From positions 1,905-65,904 of IMG/VR virus record IMGVR_UViG_3300029286_000036: 64,000 bases of DNA. One strand, written 5' to 3'. The DNA is from a virus. Its lineage: Duplodnaviria > Caudoviricetes. The position numbers were made by a program, and so were the translations under genes. This document shows positions 27,505-37,119 of this stretch, piece by piece (the first letter of the stretch is position 1; each line of letters begins with the position of its first letter). The notes under the pieces were generated by a model. It searched no databases. It was not told where the DNA came from and worked only from the letters and a program-made list of their open reading frames with translations.

Positions 27505-29559
27505 TCAAGAGTTAAATTTGTAGAATTCCACTTTTATAGGACTATTCAGCGATTTGCTTATGCTATCTAAATCTTTAGCATCTGGGTTTTCACTTGTAAG
27601 TATTGATTTAAAAGCTTCATCAGCTTGATTAGTAGGCGCAGGTGCCATCACATTCGACGGCTGCATACCTGCATTCATTTGTTGCTGTTGCATCATATCT
27701 TGCTTATTTTTTTCTGCTTTTGCTTCAGCTTTAGCACTAAATTGAGAATACCATTGAAAGTAAACTGAATCGAGAATCACATCATCCATTCCAGGAATCG
27801 GAGGTAAGTTATCTTCTGCTCTGATTTCGTTTACTGTCTTTTTATACTTAACCTCTTCCTTCTGTCTATTTAGAGCTTCCTGTTCAGATTCATCATCTAT
27901 TCCAACAAATTCTAATTTAAAATCAGGGTCTAGGTTATCTATGATATTCAAGTTGATGTAGTTAGCTATGAATGTTAAAAGAGGTTTTAGCCCTTTATCT
28001 TTTGAATGACTTAATTTAGATTCTGTATCGCCACCTGATAGTCCGCCACCAGAAACTCCATTTTCTCTTGCGGAAAAACCTATTTCCGAAGGGTCTATCT
28101 GATAAACAGCGCACATGATTTTTATAAGATACAGCATCCATCCATTAAATTCCATTTCAGAGTGATTTTGATTAAGAGGAATCCAATTAATCTTATCAAC
28201 ACCTGCAACTATTGGTGTACTGAAGGAATTACGATTGCCCTTAATCATATGGTACCACTGTTGTCTAATGGTTTCCAGTTTTCTACGATTTATAGGAGCT
28301 TGAATATGTAGTATTCCTTTTGCAGAAAATCCCTGTGTGAAGTAAGCTATGTTGTAATATTCTGTATTCAAGTGAGAAGTTACTATACTCATTAACAATT
28401 CTAATTCTGATACAGGATATCCATTATTATAGATATCAGTAGTTGCGTTTCTGCAACCCATTTTCATTTCGTCATCGGTGAATGCTCTTTCGATTTTTCC
28501 TCTAATTACTTGAACATATTTATACTTTTCAGCTTCTAATTTTTGTTCATCTAAATTCAATACGTCTTTTTCTTCAACTAAAAATTTAAGCTGCTTTTCT
28601 GAATAAGCATAATCTAAGTTCTGAGTTGCTGTAGGAAAGTTTTTATATTTCTTTAAATCTACTGTAGCAAACTTAATAGTTAATGCATCTACGGGCATAA
28701 AACTATGCATTACATTCATTTTATCTGGAATTATTTCTGTACATAATCTGTCATATGTTAGAGAATCTCTAACAGTTGCTCTTAAATATGAATCAAAGTT
28801 CCATTTCTTAGTTTCAAAAGGTCTCTCATTCGTATATCCACAGTTTACTATAAAATCTTCTACAATTTTTCTACTTTTTTTGATTTTTTCTTCTAATTGT
28901 TCTTTTGCCTTTCTATCTATTTCAAAGTTGTAAACTTCAACTTCATCATCTGTGTTGCCATCTTTATCTTCTACTCTTGAACTTTGGATGTCTGGATTTG
29001 ACGTATTTACACTATCTTCATCTGTTTCTGCTTTAACCATTCCAGTAAATAAGTTTCCAGCTTGTGGATTCTGAAGTTGTGATAAAGTGTCTTCTTTTTC
29101 TTTCTTTGCATCTTTTACTTTTTTCTTTTTATCGAATTCTACTTTTAGTTTTTCTTTAATTTCTTCAAGTTGAGTTGCTTCGTCTTTAAGTACGATTCTG
29201 AATCCTTGTTTATGATTAGATTTAACTAAATTAGCATGATTTGCTACTTGATTTTGACGGGTCTGGATTATAGCTGCTACGATAGTATTCTTAAGTGACA
29301 TCTGTTTTAAAAATGCATCTTGAAGTCTATGAGGTTTTTCTTTGTATCCTTGGCTTGCTATTTGATAATTAGGTTCATCTACTACAGCTTTACCATAGTA
29401 CATGTCTTCTTCTTCTTCCTTTACTTCTTTGTTTATTTTGCGGGCTTTTTCCACATTATCAAGGGCTGCTTCTTCTGCCATTGAGCGAGCTTTGTATATC
29501 TGAGAATCAAGTATAGCTTCGCCGGCATCTAGTATCTTTTTAAAAATCGACATTCTCAA
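27505..29559 (-). CDS. Portal protein
   Basis: AAII.TR.NQV, VRDSLTYD, PVDA.TI, YVQ, NNGY..SELE, YF.QG...KGIL, MEF..W..YL....CAVY.IDP.EIG, SKDKGL.PLL. Confidence 0.9.
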   Translation of the reverse strand: MRMSIFKKILDAGEAILDSQIYKARSMAEEAALDNVEKARKINKEVKEEEEDMYYGKAVVDEPNYQIASQGYKEKPHRLQDAFLKQMSLKNTIVAAIIQTRQNQVANHANLVKSNHKQGFRIVLKDEATQLEEIKEKLKVEFDKKKKVKDAKKEKEDTLSQLQNPQAGNLFTGMVKAETDEDSVNTSNPDIQSSRVEDKDGNTDDEVEVYNFEIDRKAKEQLEEKIKKSRKIVEDFIVNCGYTNERPFETKKWNFDSYLRATVRDSLTYDRLCTEIIPDKMNVMHSFMPVDALTIKFATVDLKKYKNFPTATQNLDYAYSEKQLKFLVEEKDVLNLDEQKLEAEKYKYVQVIRGKIERAFTDDEMKMGCRNATTDIYNNGYPVSELELLMSIVTSHLNTEYYNIAYFTQGFSAKGILHIQAPINRRKLETIRQQWYHMIKGNRNSFSTPIVAGVDKINWIPLNQNHSEMEFNGWMLYLIKIMCAVYQIDPSEIGFSARENGVSGGGLSGGDTESKLSHSKDKGLKPLLTFIANYINLNIIDNLDPDFKLEFVGIDDESEQEALNRQKEEVKYKKTVNEIRAEDNLPPIPGMDDVILDSVYFQWYSQFSAKAEAKAEKNKQDMMQQQQMNAGMQPSNVMAPAPTNQADEAFKSILTSENPDAKDLDSISKSLNSPIKVEFYKFNS

Positions 29560-29563
29560 TCTC

Positions 29564-29947
29564 CTATATAACTGCCATTATAATATCTACATTTGCTGCT
29601 GTTCCTGAAGCATTACTAATTGTAAGAGCTGTAAATTCACCTCTGATTGCAAGAGCTGGACATTTTTCCGTAGCTACTCTAGGGTCTAACTTTATTATAG
29701 TAGCTCCACTATTAAGTTTTATAGTTATAGATTGGTCTGTGAAAATCAGTAAATAGTCTGTAGTTGCAGCAGGTAGGGTTATTGCTTGGTTTGTTGCTCC
29801 ATTTGCTATTACCGTATTTTGTCTAAAAACCTGAGTAACATCAGTCTCTTCTACATATTTTGAAATTTTATCTGCATCTGATGGATAATTTGTTAATGTT
29901 CCCTGATAACTTTGCCATTCAATTGTTAATTTAGTTTTAATTGACAT
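29564..29947 (-). CDS. Putative virion structural protein
   Basis: Beta-rich A/T/I-rich; between TerL and portal; ATG with RBS at about 29947. Confidence 0.45.
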   Translation of the reverse strand: MSIKTKLTIEWQSYQGTLTNYPSDADKISKYVEETDVTQVFRQNTVIANGATNQAITLPAATTDYLLIFTDQSITIKLNSGATIIKLDPRVATEKCPALAIRGEFTALTISNASGTAANVDIIMAVI

Positions 29948-29987
29948 TTTATTTTTCTCCAAATAAGAAAGTATCTAATACTACCAT

Positions 29988-29998
29988 TAATTATACCA
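29988..29998 (-). promoter_or_regulatory. Putative late promoter (TGGTATAATTA, no -35)
   Basis: Overlaps TerL stop; upstream of portal operon. Confidence 0.5.
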
Positions 29999-32900
29999 CA
30001 GTACCACTATCGTCATCATCTGAACCCTCGAATTCTGCTTCCTCTAGCTCTTCTACCCTTACTAATAGTCCTGTTTTAGGGTCTTTTGCATAATCTGCAC
30101 TGTTGTCTAGTACGGAATATCCCAATTCTTCATCTAAAAGCTCTGGAGGAGGTGCAGAAAAGCACTTTCCAGCTATATCTCTTTGAATTCCATAGGTTTT
30201 TTCTAAACTTACGGCTTCTACATCAGATTCAATTAGTCCTTCGCTTTGGGTTAATATGTATACTCCCATTGCCAAACTTGCACAGTTGTGTACAACGTAT
30301 CCATTTGCCACATAACTATTATCTTCTTCAACAGATAAATTATATACGAAGCCATTGTACTGAAAATCCTCGTTTTTATTTATCTTGGAAGCAACATATT
30401 TTCCATCAAAAGTGTTTTTACTATTTAAAGATACTTCGGATACATCTTGGGGTCTGTAAAGAGTAATCCAGTATTGGTCTTTAGTCTTTTTTTCATATCT
30501 GTGTCTAGTGCATTGACTTATGTTAGTATGGTATCCCTCTCTAATAGCTAACTCTCTCATGCTAAGAGCTAACTCTTTTGATGTAGTTGCTCCTACTCTA
30601 TAATTTCTTGTTCTGCAAGAATCTGCCTTAAGCCATCCGTACAATACATACTTATTCCTAAAAGAATAGTCTTCAAAAAAAGATGGAAGCACCTTTTCTG
30701 ACTCAAACGAGTAACACTTGCTAAATAGATTCCATATAACTTTTGAATGAAAATTTAATATTAAACAATTACGGTGTACCTGAATCTGACTATTTATGCC
30801 AATTTTAAGTAAAAACTTCTGTAATATTCTGCAAAGTCTACCATCTTTTTTAGCATTAAAAGCTAAATTACATCTATAATGAGACTTTTCTCCATCTTTT
30901 GCTGCCCAACCATCTCCCAAAAAATATCCCAATATAAAGGACATCATTTTATCTATTTTAATAGAGTTTACTTTAGTTAGATTATTTGCTCCTATTTCGA
31001 ATTCATTATATTTTAATCTAGTATTTTCCACGTATCTGGGAGTTACTGTTTTATAACTCTTTTTCCAGTTCTGTAAATCTACCCACTTGTACTGAATATA
31101 CTCCTTCTTATCTCCTGTGCCATAAAAGGGAATGTTAGCTAACACTGGATGATTATCTGTTATCATTACATCTAAGTTTCCAAAACTACGAATCTTTTTT
31201 AGATATCCATTAAAAGGAACTTCGCTTACATCTAATACTGGTTTGAATCTTCCATTATGTGTTAAAACTAAATCTCCACGTTTAATGTCTGTTATCCTTT
31301 TATGACCGTTAATTGTTCTAATTAATGTTGCTGGATGAAAACAGTAATCGTCGTGCCCACCTGCTGGATGCCCTATTCTAATCTTACCTGTTGAACTTAC
31401 TTCTACCTGAAGTTCCTTTATTTCCTTAATGGTAGGAACGTGGTCTAGTAAGTCTATTAATTGTGAATCAGTTAAGTATTTGAGATTCTTATATATTTTC
31501 TGCTTAAACATGTTATTCCATGTTATTTCTGTTAAAACTAAATTAAACTGAGCAAATATTTCCCTTAATGGATTGTATGAAAATTGGTCTGCAAATATCT
31601 GGTCGAAGTCATATTGCTTATTGAGTTCTCTTATTACTTTAGCTACTTCAAAAGCCTTTACCGGAGCTTTAGGAGTTCCATGAAATCCTACTGTTGCAAA
31701 TTGCTTTATTCTATTTCCTAATTTACCCACAATATTAACAGTAAAGCGGTCTCCTTTGAATGCTGAGTCTATGGAGCATATGTATCTAACTCCTTGAAGT
31801 TTAGAAGCAGGAGGTACTACTGAGGTTCCTAGCATGATTGCTTGGTCTATAGATGCAATGTTAAAGAAATTGCTTATAGATTGAAGGAAATTAGCTCTAT
31901 ACTCCCTGTCAAAGTTAGTTGGGTCTTCTTTGTGCTCATCTTTGTATTCCTCTGGGTCATATCTATCATTAAAAACCCATGAAGGAGACTTTAATATTAA
32001 GTATTTTGTAGAAAACTCATCTCTTTTTTCATATTTTTCATAAAAATAACCACTTTTAGCATTTGGGGTTGATATTTCAATCCATAATCCTTGTTTACCG
32101 AATTGTAACATAGATGGCTTTAAAGCTCTAACTATAGATTTTGCTGTTTCTTTGGAATCCATTTCGGCTCCCCAGAATGCAATTTCGTCATTGATTATAC
32201 ATGGACATGCTGAACCTCGAGAAGATTTAGAAGATGCAGCATTGGTTCTTATTCTTACAAATGAGTAAGAAATTCTACCTTTTTCATCTCTAAATGGCAC
32301 TTTTAAGTTTATTACATTAAATGTGTTTTTAGCATGTTTGTTTACTAATCTACATAGAGCAGGAGAATCTTCTATTATTGCTCTAATCTCGGATACTGTT
32401 TCATCTGAAAATTCTTTAGATTGACTTAATACTAAGATAGTTGCTACTTTTTTACGACCTAATTGAGCTTTCCAATTTTCCTTTAAAGCAGCATATACAG
32501 CGAGAATGGAAGCTATTTGGGTATTGTGTGTAACTAATCCATTTGCTAATAAATATAAGTGAGTATCATTATTAAGTGTTAAATCGTAACAATGTTCTTT
32601 TCTAGGATTTTTCATTTTAACGCCAGCATATTTAACATTAGAATTATGAGGGTCAATCGCATCGAATTCTGGTCTGTATTTTTTTCTATCACATACTAAG
32701 TAGGCGGTTAGTTCTTTTAATATTCTGATTGCATCATTATTGTTATATCTCAATCTGTACACTGGTCCATTTTTGTATTTAGCTCTATTGTCCACATATA
32801 TCTTTAAACTTACTGAAAATAGGTCTAAAAACAATGCTTGGGCTGCTTCTACAACTATTTTTGCTTGCATATCTAATCCAATTGACATTCTATTGTGCTT

Positions 32901-33923
32901 TTTATTAAATCTAACTCCGCCATCTGTGTCAATTAATCCTGCTAAAAATTCTAATTGGGAAGTTCTGTTCCATGTTCTTATTTCTTCTAAATCACAGATT
33001 TTATCATAAGAATGTCTTCCATCTAACCATTCTCTGTAAAATGGAACGCTGTCTTTATCTACTCGTTTTAATCTCCAACTATAATTATTCTTATTCTCGG
33101 AACTATGTTCAACTCTTAACAATCTAGCTACTTTGTCTACTACTGATACATCAGCAGAAGAAATCTCAACGACTCCTTCTCTTAGTGGGCAACATCCGTC
33201 TCCTAACAATGCACCTAAAGCATATGCTTCGGTAATTTCTTTAGTACCTCCAGAAATTTCAGTATATTCTCTTGCTATTCCATCTAATTTATTAGTGAAT
33301 TTTTTAATCTCTTTTACTCTTCTTTTTCCACTTCTCCAGTCATGTGCTAACCATCTATGCTCTTTAGTACATGTTGCCATTACTTCTCTATTTCTAACTA
33401 AATCCACTACATCCTTTATTCCTTGGTCATGCGTTCCTATTACTTCAGTTAAAGATACTGTTCCATCTGCATTATATCCATAAACTAAATCTCCAACTTT
33501 TATATCTTCAATTTTCTTACTTCCTGTAGGTGTTTTTACTAGTGTTCCCTCAGCTAAACATTTGCCACCTCTTCTTCCTACGATAAGTGATATATCTCTA
33601 ATGGTTAAAATGCTTTTAAAATCATATTCTTTTTCTGTATAATACTCATACAATTCCACTTCAGTCATCTGAGTAGTTATTAATTGAAATTCTTCCTTTC
33701 CCAAATCCTCTTGAAATACTGAAAATTTAGTTTCGGAATCTAATTCCTGACCCATTACTAATTTAATAAGAACTCTCTGTCCTGTAGTAAGTTTCATATT
33801 AATGAAACCCTTAGCTTCAACGAAGTTCTTGATGGGGTCTCTCATTATCTGCTTATGCAATTCACAGAAAAGAACATCAAACTGCTCTTCTGTCAATTTC
33901 TCTATTTTATCAAAATCTTGCAT
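29991..33923 (-). CDS. terL: Terminase large subunit with two inteins (spliced about 611 aa)
   Basis: Walker A GRRGGK/T, Walker B IINDEIAF, ISTP, FDREY.A.F, RNase H-like IDSAF..D and GHDD. Confidence 0.9.
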   Translation of the reverse strand: MQDFDKIEKLTEEQFDVLFCELHKQIMRDPIKNFVEAKGFINMKLTTGQRVLIKLVMGQELDSETKFSVFQEDLGKEEFQLITTQMTEVELYEYYTEKEYDFKSILTIRDISLIVGRRGGKCLAEGTLVKTPTGSKKIEDIKVGDLVYGYNADGTVSLTEVIGTHDQGIKDVVDLVRNREVMATCTKEHRWLAHDWRSGKRRVKEIKKFTNKLDGIAREYTEISGGTKEITEAYALGALLGDGCCPLREGVVEISSADVSVVDKVARLLRVEHSSENKNNYSWRLKRVDKDSVPFYREWLDGRHSYDKICDLEEIRTWNRTSQLEFLAGLIDTDGGVRFNKKHNRMSIGLDMQAKIVVEAAQALFLDLFSVSLKIYVDNRAKYKNGPVYRLRYNNNDAIRILKELTAYLVCDRKKYRPEFDAIDPHNSNVKYAGVKMKNPRKEHCYDLTLNNDTHLYLLANGLVTHNTQIASILAVYAALKENWKAQLGRKKVATILVLSQSKEFSDETVSEIRAIIEDSPALCRLVNKHAKNTFNVINLKVPFRDEKGRISYSFVRIRTNAASSKSSRGSACPCIINDEIAFWGAEMDSKETAKSIVRALKPSMLQFGKQGLWIEISTPNAKSGYFYEKYEKRDEFSTKYLILKSPSWVFNDRYDPEEYKDEHKEDPTNFDREYRANFLQSISNFFNIASIDQAIMLGTSVVPPASKLQGVRYICSIDSAFKGDRFTVNIVGKLGNRIKQFATVGFHGTPKAPVKAFEVAKVIRELNKQYDFDQIFADQFSYNPLREIFAQFNLVLTEITWNNMFKQKIYKNLKYLTDSQLIDLLDHVPTIKEIKELQVEVSSTGKIRIGHPAGGHDDYCFHPATLIRTINGHKRITDIKRGDLVLTHNGRFKPVLDVSEVPFNGYLKKIRSFGNLDVMITDNHPVLANIPFYGTGDKKEYIQYKWVDLQNWKKSYKTVTPRYVENTRLKYNEFEIGANNLTKVNSIKIDKMMSFILGYFLGDGWAAKDGEKSHYRCNLAFNAKKDGRLCRILQKFLLKIGINSQIQVHRNCLILNFHSKVIWNLFSKCYSFESEKVLPSFFEDYSFRNKYVLYGWLKADSCRTRNYRVGATTSKELALSMRELAIREGYHTNISQCTRHRYEKKTKDQYWITLYRPQDVSEVSLNSKNTFDGKYVASKINKNEDFQYNGFVYNLSVEEDNSYVANGYVVHNCASLAMGVYILTQSEGLIESDVEAVSLEKTYGIQRDIAGKCFSAPPPELLDEELGYSVLDNSADYAKDPKTGLLVRVEELEEAEFEGSDDDDSGTVV
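30285..31343 (-). mobile_element. Intein with LAGLIDADG endonuclease in TerL nuclease motif (353 aa)
   Basis: HDDY|CFHPAT ... LGYFLGDG ... YVVHN|C. Confidence 0.9.
32523..33560 (-). mobile_element. Intein with LAGLIDADG endonuclease in TerL Walker A (346 aa)
   Basis: GGK|CLAEGT ... LGALLGDG, FLAGLIDTDG ... LVTHN|T. Confidence 0.9.
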
Positions 33924-34522
33924 TATTCGTGTTCATCCTTTTCTTCAAATAGTTCTGAGTATTCTGAAATATCTATTATATCTGGAACCTCTAACTCCTT
34001 TACCGGTTGACCTGCTGCCATTATCTCATTTAGTTTATCTAATATCTTATACAGCCCTTCTCCCACATTAAAGGATTCTCTTAGATTTCTAATTTCATTA
34101 GCCACATTGGGGATTTTGATTGGTATTACCATCCCATCCGTATCTTTCATTTCTACGCCAGAATCTGGATAAACTTTATTTAAGTGACCATATCTCTCAT
34201 AATAAGCTGAGTAGCCTTCCATTAGTTTTTCTAATTGAATTAATTTAAGCTTTTTAAATCCATTTTCTAAACTCAATAATTTTTCAGCTTGCTGAATCTG
34301 AGAATTTTGAATCTTGGCAACCCCACTCCTGATATATGCCTTTCTCAAGTCCACCCAATTATTTTCTTTAGAAAGTTCCTCTACCGTATTATATGTCATC
34401 TTATATCTTTTAGCAAGGTCAGCTATAGTAATATCTTCTGTAATAAATACTGATTGTAATTCTTCAACAGTTGGACCTTGTGCTTTTTTATAATCTTTAA
34501 TTTTTTTAATATCATAAGCCAT
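33923..34522 (-). CDS. Probable terminase small subunit
   Basis: N-terminal HTH (TIADLAKRY...W), directly upstream of TerL; start corrected to MAYDIKK. Confidence 0.6.
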   Translation of the reverse strand: MAYDIKKIKDYKKAQGPTVEELQSVFITEDITIADLAKRYKMTYNTVEELSKENNWVDLRKAYIRSGVAKIQNSQIQQAEKLLSLENGFKKLKLIQLEKLMEGYSAYYERYGHLNKVYPDSGVEMKDTDGMVIPIKIPNVANEIRNLRESFNVGEGLYKILDKLNEIMAAGQPVKELEVPDIIDISEYSELFEEKDEHE

Positions 34523-34526
34523 AATA

Positions 34527-35088
34527 CTACTCCTTGTCCATAACATTAAAAATACTTTCGATTTTAGGTTCTTTAGCTTTTTTCTTAGCATATTCAAGTT
34601 CTGCTTTCCACCTATCTTCTTTCATTATGATTTTAACTGAGTAGTTAGGTAGTTGTTCCTGAATTCCATTTATTATCTTAATTGCTAAGTTTCTTTGTAT
34701 TCTTTTAAATTTACCTAGAAAGTTAGTTTTTATGTAAACCGAAATCACTTTATCAGGTGAATCTATTATGAGTTCTACATAACGAATAATCCAAGAAACT
34801 TGATATATATTGACATAAAGATGATTAACCAAGGGAGTCTCTTGAACTGCCTCGTTCTCGTAAAGAAACTTCATGCTCTGGTTTATGTTAATAGCCCTTT
34901 CGTCCAGTTGGGTTTGCTTGCTTGTCATTTATCTCCCTCATTGCTTGTTCATAACGGTAAATCTTGCTCCATACTTTAAAAAACGGGTCATCGTGAATGT
35001 CCATTCCTTGTGCAATCAATTCATCTAGCTGAGGTTTTAATACTTTAATTTCCGCTTCCATTTCTTGAACTGTCTCGGTAACTGCCAC
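34527..35088 (-). CDS. Two hypothetical proteins (34527-34928, 34888-35088)
   Basis: ORF track; promoter TTGCCT-17-TATAAT at about 35149-35177. Confidence 0.5.
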
Positions 35089-35185
35089 GTTAATCTCCTT
35101 TTTACGGTTCTATAAACCTTGTATACGAAATTAACCTCCATACTTTGGATTATATCATGTTTTGATTAGAAAGGCAAGGACTATT

Positions 35186-35788
35186 TTATTCTTCTACAAA
35201 TTTTAAATAAGCCGATGCCATTGCTATGGAATCTACAACGTCATTATCTGTAGCATTATTCTCCACATCAAAGGGAGTATTGTAGGTTTTATTAACATAA
35301 TACTGAGCCAAATGCTTGGGAGTTATGATTATTAGCTTTCTACTTCCTCTTTGAAGTTTTTTATTCATAAGCTTATTCTCTTTATTATGAATCTTATTTT
35401 CTTCAGAAAGTTTTAGACCTAAAAGATATCTCCATCCATTGTAACCCGTTACGTTCATGAAGACTACCCTTTTTATATCTTTAATGATTGTATATAAAAC
35501 AATCCAATGTAAACCATCCAGTGTTTTTTGTCCTAAATAATTTTTTGAACCACTAATCTCCTCTATTAGTATAGTTTTGGGATTAATTCTTTCCACTAAT
35601 TTTTTAATTTCATTAGCTATGGATATCATTTTAATTAACTGAATTTCTGGATAACCTAACTTTCTTTGATATTTATCTAATTTTGGTAAAATCGCCCCAT
35701 ACTCTATTAATTCCTTAGTATCCATATTAAAGACAGACCATCCTGTACATGCTGTACTAAGGTCAAGACTTAAAATAAAATTATCCAT
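35186..35788 (-). CDS. RuvC-like Holliday junction resolvase
   Basis: ILSLDLST..TGW, ILIEE, ND..DSI.M. Confidence 0.75.
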   Translation of the reverse strand: MDNFILSLDLSTACTGWSVFNMDTKELIEYGAILPKLDKYQRKLGYPEIQLIKMISIANEIKKLVERINPKTILIEEISGSKNYLGQKTLDGLHWIVLYTIIKDIKRVVFMNVTGYNGWRYLLGLKLSEENKIHNKENKLMNKKLQRGSRKLIIITPKHLAQYYVNKTYNTPFDVENNATDNDVVDSIAMASAYLKFVEE

Positions 35789-36500
35789 GAGTTTTTACCA
35801 CCAATCTACATAATTCAACAAATTCTTCTATATTAGAAATATGTTTCATTAAATTTACCTGCTTACTACAGATTCTAATATTATCTTTTGAGTATCCTTT
35901 ATTTGAATCTAATCTATCTATAGAGGCATCCCATCTTCCGCCATCATGAGTTAATTCTTTATTTGTGTAAAAGCACTTTCCTTTCTGACTATTATACTGA
36001 TTGACCACATCTTCGAAAGATAAACTAAATTCTATTTTCCTATTAGCTGAACTCTGTTCTGCTACTTTAAATCTATCGTAAAGAGACCTCATCTCTTTAC
36101 TAAGTCCCTCTACCCATCTTCGATAAAGTAATTTACTCTTTTGCTCTTCAGTTAAGCACTTAGCTAATTTTTGTTCTTTTCTCTTTTCTAAAATCTGAGG
36201 TAAATTCTGTCTTCTCCTCTCTTTTTGATTTATTCTTATCTCTTCTAAATTCTTTTTATAATATTCCTTTTTATAATCACAAATATATTCTTTATGCTTT
36301 AGGTAATACTTCTTTTTATTTAAACTAATCTTCTCTTTATTTTCTATTCTATGTTTTTTTCTACAATCAAAACAGTATCTTACCCATCCAGATAAGGTAT
36401 TGGCATCCCTTCCCTTTCTTTTAGTAAAATACTTATGGGCATCTTCTACTGAACAACTAAAGTTACATGATTTACATTTAATACTAATTTTAGAATCCAT
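35781..36500 (-). CDS. HNH homing endonuclease
   Basis: Zn finger, Q.GKC.YT, SIDRLDS.KGY..DN....VN.MK. Confidence 0.8.
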   Translation of the reverse strand: MDSKISIKCKSCNFSCSVEDAHKYFTKRKGRDANTLSGWVRYCFDCRKKHRIENKEKISLNKKKYYLKHKEYICDYKKEYYKKNLEEIRINQKERRRQNLPQILEKRKEQKLAKCLTEEQKSKLLYRRWVEGLSKEMRSLYDRFKVAEQSSANRKIEFSLSFEDVVNQYNSQKGKCFYTNKELTHDGGRWDASIDRLDSNKGYSKDNIRICSKQVNLMKHISNIEEFVELCRLVVKTHG

Positions 36501-36557
36501 AATCTTTATTATATCATAATTTTTAAAAAGTTATTTCCGAATTTCACTATTACTTTA

Positions 36558-36881
36558 TTAAATATCTGATATCTTCTTTCTCCTTTCGCCTTTTTCATCG
36601 AGACAGTTCATCTGTATTATAGCCTCGTCCGTTCCTGATTCTTTATTGATGGCAATTAGGTCATCTATGCTAGTTTCTCTTGAATGATTCCTAGCTCTTT
36701 CCTTTAGCATCTGTTCCATATCTTTATGCTTAGACTTTCCAGTTGCCTCGTCTGCACAAACCATCATCTTTCCAGAAGGTGCCATTATCATCTCTTCCCA
36801 CTCTTCTTTAGGAGTAGGCTGTCCCTTCATTGTACGCAAAACTTCATTTGTTTTTAAGTTTCTGTAATACTTTAGTGCCAT
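36558..36881 (-). CDS. Hypothetical protein
   Basis: ORF with RBS. Confidence 0.5.
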   Translation of the reverse strand: MALKYYRNLKTNEVLRTMKGQPTPKEEWEEMIMAPSGKMMVCADEATGKSKHKDMEQMLKERARNHSRETSIDDLIAINKESGTDEAIIQMNCLDEKGERRKKISDI

Positions 36882-37119
36882 TGGCTTTGCTCCTATACTT
36901 TTTTAAATACTTTATGTATCGGTAAACTAATTCATGAATGTAATAAGCTATCATCGCAGTTCCATTAAATACAATAGTAAATTTTGTAGCTTGGGATGAC
37001 GATGCTCCCATGGCAGCACTTACTGCAAAGCCAAGAACCACAGAAATGATTCTCCATGTCAGAGTCTTATAAATCGTTTTTGTTTTGAATAAATACTCAG
37101 ATGTAGTCGGTCTCTTCAT
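36844..37119 (-). CDS. DUF2061-like membrane protein
   Basis: KTLTWRIIS ... YYIHE..Y. Confidence 0.55.
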   Translation of the reverse strand: MKRPTTSEYLFKTKTIYKTLTWRIISVVLGFAVSAAMGASSSQATKFTIVFNGTAMIAYYIHELVYRYIKYLKKYRSKANGTKVLQKLKNK

